Assembly: GCA_964016885.1 (NCBI GenBank)
Contig: OZ024749.1
Span: forward strand, 10,230,001 to 10,294,000
Origin: Eledone cirrhosa
Taxonomy: Eukaryota
DNA: 64,000 bases
Direction of reading: 5' to 3'
Shown: piece by piece, positions 1-12,000 of the stretch
Position numbering within the stretch: position 1 is the stretch's first letter
Layout: each line of letters begins with the position of its first letter
Program-made: the position numbers and the translations under genes
The notes under the pieces: model-generated
What the model saw: the letters and a program-made list of their open reading frames with translations, nothing else
What the model was told of the DNA's origin: nothing
Database searches by the model: none

Positions 1-3000
1 TGGGAACAGGTTAGCGTCAGTAGGGTGTCTACTGGGGGTTAGTAAGGTAGGGGTCATGGGAACAGGTTGGAGTCAGTAGGGGTCTAATGGGGGTTAGTAA
101 GGTAGGGGTCATGGGAACAGGTTGGAGTCAGTAAGGTGTCTACTGGGGGTTAGTAAGGTAGGGGTCATGGGAACAGGTTAGAGTCAGTAGGGTGTTTACT
201 GGGGGTTAGTAAGGTAGGGGTCATGGGAACAGGTTAGTCAGTAAGGTGTCTACTGGGGGTTAGTAAGGTAGGGGTCATGGGAACAGGTTAGTCATTAGGA
301 GGTCTAATGGGGGTTAGTAAGGCAGTGGTCATGGGAACAGGTTGGAGTCAGTAAGGTGTCTACTGGGGGTTAGTAAGGTAGGGGTCAGTAGGGTGTCTAC
401 TGGGGGTTAGTGAGGTAGGGGTCTTGGGAACAGGTTGGAGTCTGTAGGGTGTCTGCTGGGGGTTAGTAAGGTAGGGGTCATGGGAACAGGTTGGAGTCAG
501 TAAGGTGTCTACTGGGGGTTAGTAAGGCAGGTGTCAGTAGGGCGTCTACTGGGGGTTAGTAAGGTAGGGGTCATGGGAATAGGTTGGAGTCAGTAGGGGT
601 CTAATGGGGGTTAGTAAGGTAGGGGTCATGGGAACAGGTTGGAGTCAATAGGGGTCTAATGGGGGTTAGTAAGGTAGGGGTCATGGGAACAGGTTGGAGT
701 CAGTAAGGTGTCTACTGGGGGTTAGTAAGGTAGGGGTCATGGGAACAGGTTAGTCAGTAAGGTGTCTACTGGGGGTTAGTAAGGTAGGGGTCATGGGAAC
801 AGGTTAGAGTCATTAGGTCTAATGGGGGTTAGTAAGGCAGGGGTCATGGGAACAGGTTGAAGTCAGTAGGGGTCTAATGGGGGTTAGTAAGGTAGGGGTC
901 ATGGGAACGGGTTGGAGTCAGTAAGGTATCTACTGGGGGTTAGTAAGGTAGGGGTCATGGGAACAGGTTGGAGTCAGTAGGGTGTCTACTGGGGGTTAGT
1001 AAGGCAGGGGTCATGGGAACAGGTTGGAGTCGGTAAGGTGTCTACTGGGGGTTACTAAGTTAGGGGTCATGGGAACAGGTTGGAGTCAGTAATGTGTCTA
1101 CTGGGGGTTAGTAAGGCAGGGGTCAGTACGGGGTCTACTGGGGGTTAGTAAGGTAGGGGTCATGGTAACAGGTTACAGTCAGTAAGGTGTCTACTGGGGG
1201 TTAGTAAGGTAGGGGTCATGGGAACAGGTTAGTCTGTAGGGTGTCTGCTGGGGGTTAGTAAGGCAGTGGTCATGGGAACAGGTTGGAGCCAGTAAGGTGT
1301 CTACTGGGGGTTAGTAAGGTAGGGGTCATGGGAACAGGTTGGAGTCAGTAAAGTGCCTACTCGGTGTTAGCAAGGTAGGGTTCATGGGAACAGGTTGGAG
1401 TCAGTAGAGTGTCTACTGGGGGTTAGTAAGGCAGTGGTCATGGGAACAGGTTAGTCAGTAAGGTGTCTACTGGGGGTTAGTAAGGCAGGGGTCATGGGAA
1501 CAGGTTGGAATCAGTAAGGTGTCTACTGGGGGTTAGTAAGGCAGTGGTCATGGGAACAGGTTCGAGTCAGTAAGGTGTCTACTGGGGGTTAGTAAGGCAG
1601 TGGTCATGGGAACAGGTTAGTCAGTAAGGTGTCTACTGGGGGTTAGTAAGGCAGGGGTCATGGGAACAGGTTGGAATCAGCAAGGTGTCTACTGGGGGTT
1701 AGTAAGGCAGTGGTCATGGGAACAGGTTGGAGTCAGTAAGGTGTCTACTGGGGGTTACTAAGGTAGGGGTCATGGGAACAGGTTGGAATCAGTAAGGTGT
1801 CTACTGGGGGTTAGTAAGGTAGGGGTCATGGAAACAGGTTGGAGTCAGTAGGTTGTCTACTGGGCGTTAGTAAGGTAGGGGTCATGGGAACAGGTTAGTC
1901 AGTAAGGCAGGGGTCATGGAAACAGGTTGGAGTCAGTAAAGTGCCTACTCGGTGTTAGCAAGGTAGGGTTCATGGGAACAGGTTGGAGTCAGTAGGGTGT
2001 CTACTGGGGGTTAGTAAGGCAGTGGTCATGGGAACAGGTTAGTCAGTAAGGTGTCTACTGGGGGTTAGTAAGGCAGGGGTCATGGGAACAGGTTGGAATC
2101 AGTAAGGTGTCTACTGGGGGTTAGTAAGGCAGTGGTCATGGGAACAGGTTAGTCAGTAAGGTGTCTACTGGGGGTTAGTAAGGCAGGGGTCATGGGAACA
2201 GGTTGGAATCAGTAAGGTGTCTACTGGGGGTTAGTAAGGCAGTGGTCATGGGAACAGGTTGGAGTCAGTAAGGTGTCTACTGGGGGTTACTAAGGTAGGG
2301 GTCATGGGAACAGGTTGGAATCAGTAAGGTGTCTACTGGGGGTTAGTAAGGTAGGGGTCATGGAAACAGGTTGGAGTCAGTAGGTTGTCTACTGGGCGTT
2401 AGTAAGGTAGGGGTCATGGGAACAGGTTGGAGTCAGTAAGGTGTCTACTGGGGGTTAGTAAGGCAGGGGTCAGTAGGGGGTCTACTGGGAGTTAGTAAGG
2501 TAGGTGTCATGGGAACAGGTTGGAGTCAGTAGGGTGTCTACTGGGGGTTAGTAAGGTAGGGGTCATGGGAACAGGTTGGAGTCAGTAAGGTGTCTACTAG
2601 GGGTTACTAAGGTAGGGGACATGGGAACAAGTTGGAGTCAGTAAGTGTCTACTGGCGGTTAGTAAGGCAGGGGTCATTAGGGGGTCTACTGGGGGTTAGT
2701 AAGGTAGGGGTCATGGGAACAGGTTACAGTCAGTAAGGTGTCTACTGGGGGTTAGTAAGGTAGAGGTCATAGGAACAGGTTAGAGTCATTTGGAGGTCTA
2801 ATGGGGGTTAGTAAGGCAGTGGTCATGGGAATAGGTTGGAGTCAGTAAGGTGTCTACTGGGGGTTAGTAAGGCAGGGGTCAGTAGGGGGTCTACTGGGAG
2901 TTAGTAAGGTAGGGGTCATGGGAACAGGTTGGAGTCAGTAAGGTGTCTACTGGGGGTTAGTAAGATAGGGGTCATGGGAACAGGTTGGAGTCAGTAGGGT

Positions 3001-6000
3001 GTCTACTGGGGGTTAGTAAGGTAGGGATCATGGGAACAGGTTAGTCAGTAAGGTGTCTACTGGGGGTTAGTTAGGTAGGGGTCATGGGAACAGGTTGGAG
3101 TCAGTAAAGTGCCTACTCGGGGTTAGTAAGGTAGGGGTCATGGGAACAGGTTGGAGTCAGTAGAGTGTCTACTGGGGGTTAGTAAGGCAGTGGTCATGGG
3201 AACAGGTTAGTCAGTAAGGTGTCTACTGGGGGTTAGTAAGGCAGGGGTCATGGGAACAGGTTGGAATCAGTAAGGTGTCTACTGGGGGTTAGTAAGGCAG
3301 TGGTCATGGGAACAGGTTGGAGTCAGTAAGGTGTCTACTGGGGGTTACTAAGGTAGGGGTCATGGGAACAGGTTGGAATCAGTAAGGTGTCTACTGGGGG
3401 TTAGTAAGGTAGGGGTCATGGGAACAGGTTGGAGTCAGTAGGTTGTCTACTGGGCGTTAGTAAGGTAGGGGTCATGGGAACAGGTTAGTCAGTAAGGCAT
3501 GGGTCATGGGAACAGGTTGGAATCAGTAAGGTGTCTACTGGGGGTTAGTAAGGCAGGGGTCAGTAGGGCGTCTACTGGGAGTTAGTAAGGTAGGTGTCAT
3601 GGGAACAGGTTGGAGTCAGTAGGGTGTCTACTGGGGGTTAGTAAGGTAGGGGTCATGGGAACAGGTTAGCGTCAGTAGGGTGTCTACTGGGGGTTAGTAA
3701 GGTAGGGGTCATGGGAACAGGTTGGAGTCAGTAGGGGTCTAATGGGGGTTAGTAAGGTAGGGGTCATGGGAACAGGTTGGAGTCAGTAAGGTGTCTACTG
3801 GGGGTTAGTAAGGTAGGGGTCATGGGAACAGGTTAGAGTCAGTAGGGTGTTTACTGGGGGTTAGTAAGGTAGGGGTCATGGGAACAGGTTAGTCAGTAAG
3901 GTGTCTACTGGGGGTTAGTAAGGTAGGGGTCATGGGAACAGGTTAGTCATTAGGAGGTCTAATGGGGGTTAGTAAGGCAGTGGTCATGGGAACAGGTTGG
4001 AGTCAGTAAGGTGTCTACTGGGGGTTAGTAAGGTAGGGGTCAGTAGGGTGTCTACTGGGGGTTAGTGAGGTAGGGGTCTTGGGAACAGGTTGGAGTCTGT
4101 AGGGTGTCTGCTGGGGGTTAGTAAGGTAGGGGTCATGGGAACAGGTTGGAGTCAGTAAGGTGTCTACTGGGGGTTAGTAAGGCAGGGGTCAGTAGGGCGT
4201 CTACTGGGGGTTAGTAAGGTAGGGGTCATGGGAATAGGTTGGAGTCAGTAGGGGTCTAATGGGGGTTAGTAAGGTAGGGGTCATGGGAACAGGTTGGAGT
4301 CAATAGGGGTCTAATGGGGGTTAGTAAGGTAGGGGTCATGGGAACAGGTTGGAGTCAGTAAGGTGTCTACTGGGGGTTAGTAAGGTAGGGGTCATGGGAA
4401 CAGGTTAGTCAGTAAGGTGTCTACTGGGGGTTAGTAAGGTAGGGGTCATGGGAACAGGTTAGAGTCATTAGGTCTAATGGGGGTTAGTAAGGCAGGGGTC
4501 ATGGGAACAGGTTGGAGTCAGTAGGGGTCTAATGGGGGTTAGTAAGGTAGGGGTCATGGGAACGGGTTGGAGTCAGTAAGGTATCTACTGGGGGTTAGTA
4601 AGGTAGGGGTCATGGGAACAGGTTGGAGTCAGTAGGGTGTCTACTGGGGGTTAGTAAGGCAGGGGTCATGGGAACAGGTTGGAGTCGGTAAGGTGTCTAC
4701 TGGGGGTTACTAAGTTAGGGGTCATGGGAACAGGTTGGAGTCAGTAATGTGTCTACTGGGGGTTAGTAAGGCAGGGGTCAGTACGGGGTCTACTGGGGGT
4801 TAGTAAGGTAGGGGTCATGGGAACAGGTTACAGTCAGTAAGGTGTCTACTGGGGGTTAGTAAGGTAGGGGTCATGGGAACAGGTTAGTCTGTAGGGTGTC
4901 TGCTGGGGGTTAGTAAGGCAGTGGTCATGGGAACAGGTTGGAGCCAGTAAGGTGTCTACTGGGGGTTAGTAAGGTAGGGGTCATGGGAACAGGTTGGAGT
5001 CAGTAAAGTGCCTACTCGGTGTTAGCAAGGTAGGGTTCATGGGAACAGGTTGGAGTCAGTAGAGTGTCTACTGGGGGTTAGTAAGGCAGTGGTCATGGGA
5101 ACAGGTTAGTCAGTAAGGTGTCTACTGGGGGTTAGTAAGGCAGGGGTCATGGGAACAGGTTGGAATCAGTAAGGTGTCTACTGGGGGTTAGTAAGGCAGT
5201 GGTCATGGGAACAGGTTCGAGTCAGTAAGGTGTCTACTGGGGGTTAGTAAGGCAGTGGTCATGGGAACAGGTTAGTCAGTAAGGTGTCTACTGGGGGTTA
5301 GTAAGGCAGGGCTCATGGGAACAGGTTGGAATCAGTAAGGTGTCTACTGGGGGTTAGTAAGGCAGTGGTCATGGGAACAGGTTGGAGTCAGTAAGGTGTC
5401 TACTGGGGGTTACTAAGGTAGGGGTCATGGGAACAGGTTGGAATCAGTAAGGTGTCTACTGGGGGTTAGTAAGGTAGGGGTCATGGAAACAGGTTGGAGT
5501 CAGTAGGTTGTCTACTGGGCGTTAGTAAGGTAGGGGTCATGGGAACAGGTTAGTCAGTAAGGCAGGGGTCATGGAAACAGGTTGGAGTCAGTAAAGTGCC
5601 TACTCGGTGTTAGCAAGGTAGGGTTCATGGGAACAGGTTGGAGTCAGTAGAGTGTCTACTGGGGGTTAGTAAGGCAGTGGTCATGGGAACAGGTTAGTCA
5701 GTAAGGTGTCTACTGGGGGTTAGTAAGGCAGGGGTCATGGGAACAGGTTGGAATCAGTAAGGTGTCTACTGGGGGTTAGTAAGGCAGTGGTCATGGGAAC
5801 AGGTTAGTCAGTAAGGTGTCTACTGGGGGTTAGTAAGGCAGGGGTCATGGGAACAGGTTGGAATCAGTAAGGTGTCTACTGGGGGTTAGTAAGGCAGTGG
5901 TCATGGGAACAGGTTGGAGTCAGTAAGGTGTCTACTGGGGGTTACTAAGGTAGGGGTCATGGGAACAGGTTGGAATCAGTAAGGTGTCTACTGGGGGTTA

Positions 6001-9000
6001 GTAAGGTAGGGGTCATGGAAACAGGTTGGAGTCAGTAGGTTGTCTACTGGGCGTTAGTAAGGTAGGGGTCATGGGAACAGGTTGGAGTCAGTAAGGTGTC
6101 TACTGGGGGTTAGTAAGGCAGGGGTCAGTAGGGGGTCTACTGGGAGTTAGTAAGGTAGGTGTCATGGGAACAGGTTGGAGTCAGTAGGGTGTCTACTGGG
6201 GGTTAGTAAGGTAGGGGTCATGGGAACAGGTTGGAGTCAGTAAGGTGTCTACTAGGGGTTACTAAGGTAGGGGACATGGGAACAAGTTGGAGTCAGTAAG
6301 GTGTCTACTGGGGGTTAGAAAGGCAGGGGTCAGTAAGGTGTCTACTGGGGGTTAGTAAGGTAGAGGTCATGGGAACAGGTTAGAGTCATTAGGAGGTCTA
6401 ATGGGGGTTAGTAAGGCAGTGGTCATGGGAACAGGTTGGAGTCAGTAAGGTGTCTACTGGGGGTTAGTAAGGCAGGGGTCAGTAGGGCGTCTACTGGGGG
6501 TTAGTAAGGTAGGGGTCATGGGAATAGGTTGGAGTCAGTAGGGGTCTAATGGGGGTTAGTAAGGTAGGGATCATGGGAACAGGTTGGAGTCAATAGGGGT
6601 CTAATGGGGGTTAGTAAGGTAGGGGTCATGGGAACAGGTTAGTCATTAAGGTGTCTACTGGGGGTTAGTAAGGTAGGGGTCATGGGAACAGGTTAGAGTC
6701 ATTAGGAGGTCTAATGGGGGTTAGTAAGGCAGGGGTCATGGGAACAGGTTGGAGTCAGTAGGGGTCTAATGGGGTTTAGTAAGGTAGGGGTCATGGGAAC
6801 GGGTTGGAGTCAGTAAGGTATCTACTGGGGGTCAGTAAGGTAGGGGTCATGGGAACAGGGAGTCAGTAGGGTGTCTACTGGGGGTTAGTAAGGTAGGGAT
6901 CATGGGAACAGGTTAGTCAGTAAGGTGTCTACTGGGGGTTAGTTAGGTAGGGGTCATGGGAACAGGTTGGAGTCAGTAAAGTGCCTACTTGGGGTTAGTA
7001 AGGTAGGGGTCATGGGAACAGGTTGGAGTCAGTAGAGTGTCTACTGGGGGTTAGTAAGGCAGTGGTCATGGGAACAGGTTAGTCAGTAAGGTGTCTACTG
7101 GGGGTTAGTAAGGCAGGGGTCATGGGAACAGGTTGGAATCAGTAAGGTGTCTACTGGGGGTTAGTAAGGCAGTGGTGATGGGAACAGGTTGGAGTCAGTA
7201 AGGTGTCTACTGGGGGTTACTAAGGTAGGGGTCATGGGAACAGGTTGGAATCAGTAAGGTGTCTACTGGGGGTTAGTAAGGTAGGGGTCATGGGAACAGG
7301 TTGGAGTCAGTAGGTTGTCTACTGGGCGTTAGTAAGGTAGGGGTCATGGGAACAGGTTAGTCAGTAAGGCATGGGTCATGGGAACAGGTTGGAATCAGTA
7401 AGGTGTCTACTGGGGGTTAGTAAGGCAGGGGTCAGTAGGGCGTCTACTGGGAGTTAGTAAGGTAGGTGTCATGGGAACAGGTTGGAGTCAGTAGGGTGTC
7501 TACTGGGGGTTAGTAAGGTAGGGGTCATGGGTACAGGTTAGCGTCAGTAGGGTGTCTACTGGGGGTTAGTAAGGTAGGGGTCATGGGAACAGGTTGGAGT
7601 CAGTAGGGGTCTAATGGGGGTTAGTAAGGTAGGGGTCATGGGAACAGGTTGGAGTCAGTAAGGTGTCTACTGGGGGTTAGTAAGGGAGGGGTCATGGGAA
7701 CAGGTTAGAGTCAGTAGGGTGTTTACTGGGGGTTAGTAAGGTAGGGGTCATGGGAACAGGTTAGTCAGTAAGGTGTCTACTGGGGGTTAGTAAGGTAGGG
7801 GTCATGGGAACAGGTTAGTCATTAGGAGGTCTAATGGGGGTTAGTAAGGCAGGGGTCATGGGAACAGGTTGGAGTCAGTAGGGGTCTAATGGGGGTTAGT
7901 AAGGTAGGGGTCATGGGAACATGTTGGAGTCAGTAAGGTATCTACTGGGGGTTAGTAAGGTAGGGGTCATGGGAACAGGTTGGAGTCAGTAGGGTGTCTA
8001 CTGGGGGTTAGTAAGGCAGGGGTCATGGGAACAGGTTGGAGTCGGTAAGGTGTCTACTGCGGGTTACTAAGTTAGGGGTCATGGGAACAGGTTGGAGTCA
8101 GTAAGGTGTCTACTGGGGGTTAGTAAGGTAGGGGTCAGTAGGGTGTCTACTGGGGGTTAGTGAGGTAGGGGTCTTGGGAACAGGTTGGAGTCTGTAGGGT
8201 GTCTGCTGGGGGTTAGTAAGGTAGGGGTCATGGGAACAGGTTGGAGTCAGTAAGGTGTCTACTGGGGGTTAGTAAGGCAGGGGTCAGTAGGGCGTCTACT
8301 GGGGGTTAGTAAGGTAGGGGTCATGGGAATAGGTTGGAGTCAGTAGGGGTCTAATGGGGGTTAGTAAGGTAGGGGTCATGGGAACAGGTTGGAGTCAATA
8401 GGGGTCTAATGGGGGTTAGTAAGGTAGGGGTCATGGGAACAGGTTGGAGTCAGTAAGGTGTCTACTGGGGGTTAGTAAGGTAGGGGTCATGGGAACAGGT
8501 TAGTCAGTAAGGTGTCTACTGGGGGTTAGTAAGGTAGGGGTCATGGGAACAGGTTAGAGTCATTAGGAGGTCTAATGGGGGTTAGTAAGGCAGTGGTCAT
8601 GGGAACAGGTTGGAGTCAGTAAGGTGTCTACTGGGGGTTAGTAAGGTAGGGGTCAGTAGGGTGTCTACTGGGGGTTAGTGAGGTAGGGGTCTTGGGAACA
8701 GGTTGGAGTCTGTAGGGTGTCTGCTGGGGGTTAGTAAGGTAGGGGTCATGGGAACAGGTTGGAGTCAGTAGGGGTCTAATGGGGGTTAGTAAGGTAGGGG
8801 TCATGGGAACAGGTTAGTCAGTAAGGTGTCTACTGGGGGTTAGTAAGGTAGGGGTCAGTAGGGCGTCTACTGGAGGTTAGTAAGGTAGGGGTCATGGGAA
8901 TAGGTTGGAGTCAGTAGGGGTCTAATGGGGGTTAGTAAGGTAGGGGTCATGGGAACAGGTTGGAGTCAATAGGGGTCTAATGGGGGTTAGTAAGGTAGGG

Positions 9001-12000
9001 GTCATGGGAACAGGTTGGAGTCAGTAAGGTGTCTACTGGGGGTTAGTAAGGTAGGGGTCATGGGAACAGGTTAGTCAGTAAGGTGTCTACTGGGGGTTAG
9101 TAAGGTAGGGGTCATGGGAACAGGTTGGAGTCGGTAAGGTGTCTACTGGGGGTTACTAAGTTAGGGGTCATGGGAACAGGTTGGAGTCAGTAATGTGTCT
9201 ACTGGGGGTTAGTAAGGCAGGGGTCAGTACGGGGTCTACTGGGGGTTAGTAAGGTAGGGGTCATGGGAACAGGTTACAGTCAGTAAGGTGTCTACTGGGG
9301 GTTAGTAAGGTAGGGGTCATGGGAACAGGTTAGTCTGTAGGGTGTCTGCTGGGGGTTAGTAAGGCAGTGGTCATGGGAACAGGTTGGAGCCAGTAAAGTG
9401 CCTACTCGGTGTTAGCAAGGTAGGGGTCATGGGAACAGGTTGGAGTCAGTAATGTGTCTACTGGGGGTTAGTAAGGCAGGGGTCAGTACGGGGTCTACTG
9501 GGGGTTAGTAAGGTAGGGGTCATGGGAACAGGTTACAGTCAGTAAGGTGTCTACTGGGGGTTAGTAAGGCAGTGGTCATGGGAACAGGTTAGTCAGTAAG
9601 GTGTCTACTGGGGGTTAGTAAGGTAGGGGTCATGGAAACAGGTTGGAGTCAGTAGGTTGTCTACTGGGCGTTAGTAAGGTAGGGGTCAGGGGAACAGGTT
9701 AGTCAGTAAGGCAGGGGTCATGGGAACAGGTTGGAATCAGTAAGGTGTCTACTGGGGGTTAGTAAGGTAGGGGTCATGGGAACAGGTTGGAGTCAGTAAG
9801 GTGTCTACTAGGGGTTACTAAGGTAGGGGACATGGGAACAAGTTGGAGTCAGTAAGGTGTCTACTGGGGGTTCGTAAGGCAGGGGTCAGTAAGGTGTCTA
9901 CTGGGGGTTAGTAAGGTAGAGGTCATGGGAACAGGTTAGAGTCATTAGGAGGTCTAATGGGGGTTAGTAAGGCAGTGGTCATGGGAACAGGTTGGAGTCA
10001 GTAAGGTGTCTACTGGGGGTTAGTAAGGCAGGGGTCAGTAGGGCGTCTACTGGGGGTTAGTAAGGCAGGGGTCAGTAGGAGGTCTACTGGGAGTTAGTAA
10101 GGTAGGTGTCATGGGAACAGGTTGGAGTCAGTAGGGTGTCTACTGGGGGTTAGTAAGGTAGGGGTCATGGGAACAGGTTGGAGTCAGTAAGGTGTCTACT
10201 AGGGGTTACTAAGGTAGGGGACATGGGAACAAGTTGGAGTCAGTAAGGTGTCTACTGGGGGTTCGTAAGGCAGGGGTCAGTAAGGTGTCTACTGGGGGTT
10301 AGTAAGGTAGAGGTCATGGGAACAGGTTAGAGTCATTAGGAGGTCTAATGGGGGTTAGTAAGGCAGTGGTCTTGGGAACAGGTTGGAGTCAGTAAGGTGT
10401 CTACTGGGGGTTAGTAAGGCAGGGGTCAGTAGGGCGTCTACTGGGGGTTAGTAAGGTAGGGGTCATGGGAATAGGTTGGAGTCAGTAGGGGTCTAATGGG
10501 GGTTAGTAAGGTAGGGGTCATGGGAACAGGTTGGAGTCAATAGGGGTCTAATGGGGGTTAGTAAGGTAGGGGTCATGGGAACATGTTGGAGTCAGTAAGG
10601 TGTCTACTGGGGGTTAGTAAGATATGGGTCATGGGAACAGGTTAGTCAGTAAGGTGTCTACTGGGCGTTAGTAAGGTAGGGGTCATGGGAACAGGTTAGA
10701 GTCATTAGGAGGTCTAATGGGGGTTAGTAAGGCAGGGGTCATGGGAACAGGTTGGAGTCAGTAGGGGTCTAATGGGGTTTAGTAAGGTAGGGGTCATGGG
10801 AACGGGTTGGAGTCAGTAAGGTATCTACTGGGGGTTAGTAAGGTAGGGGTCATGGGAACAGGGAGTCAGTAGGGTGTCTACTGGGGGTTAGTAAGGCAGG
10901 GGTCATGGGAACAGGTTGGAGTCAGTAAGGTGTCTACTGGGGGTTACTAAGTTCAGGGTCATGGGAACAGGTTGGAGTCAGTAATGTGTCTACTGGGGGT
11001 TAGTAAGGCATGGGTCAGTACGGGGTCTACTGGGGGTTAGTAAGGTAGGGGTCACGGGAACAGGTTACAGTCAGTAAGGTGTCTACTGGGGGTTAGTAAG
11101 GTAGGGGGTCATGGGAACAGGTTACAGTCTGTAGGGTGTCTACTGGGGGTCAACTGGGGGTCAGTAAGGCAGTGGTCATGGGAACAGGTTGGAGCCAGTA
11201 AGGTGTCTACTGGGGGTTAGTAAGGCAGGGGTCATGGGAACAGGTTGGAATCAGTAAGGTGTCTACTGGGGGTTAGTGAGGTAGGGGTCATGGGAACAGG
11301 TTGGAGTCAGTCTGGTGTCTACTGGGGGTTAGTAAGGTAGGGGTCATGGGAACAGGTTGGAGTCAGTAAGGTGTCTACTAGGGGTTACTAAGGTAGGGGA
11401 CATGGGAACAAGTTGGAGTCAGTAAGGTGTCTACTGGGGGTTAGTAAGGCAGGGGTCAGTAGGGGGTCTACTGAGGGTTAGTAAGGTAGGGGTCATGGGA
11501 ACAGGTTACAGTCAGTAAGGTGTCTACTGGGGGTTAGTAAGGTAGAGGTCATGGGAACAGGTTAGAGTCATTGGGAGGTCTAATGGAGGTTAGTAAGGCA
11601 GTGGTCATGGGAACAGGTTGGAGTCAGTAAGGTGTCTACTGGGGGTTAGTAAGGTAGGAGTCATGGGAACAGGTTAGTCAGTAAGGTGTCTACTGGGGGT
11701 TAGTAAGGTAGGGGTCATGGAAACAGGTTGGAGTCAGTAGGTTGTCTACTGGGCGTTAGTAAGGTAGGGGTCATGGGAACAGGTTAGTCAGTAAGGCAGG
11801 GGTCATGGGAACAGGTTGGAATCAGTAAGGTGTCTACTGGGGGTTAGTAAGGCAGGGGTCAGTAGGGGGTCTACTGGGAGTTATTAAGGTAGGTGTCATG
11901 GGAACAGGTTGGAGTCAGTAGGGTGTCTACTGGGGGTTAGTAAGGTAGGGGTCATGGGAACAGGTTAGCGTCAGTAGGGTTTCTACTGGGGGTTAGTAAG

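Noticed and set aside
7527-7536. ATGG|GTACAG variant mimicking a 4-nt first exon
   Set aside because: A single substitution in one of ~600 monomers with a weak donor; no supporting context.
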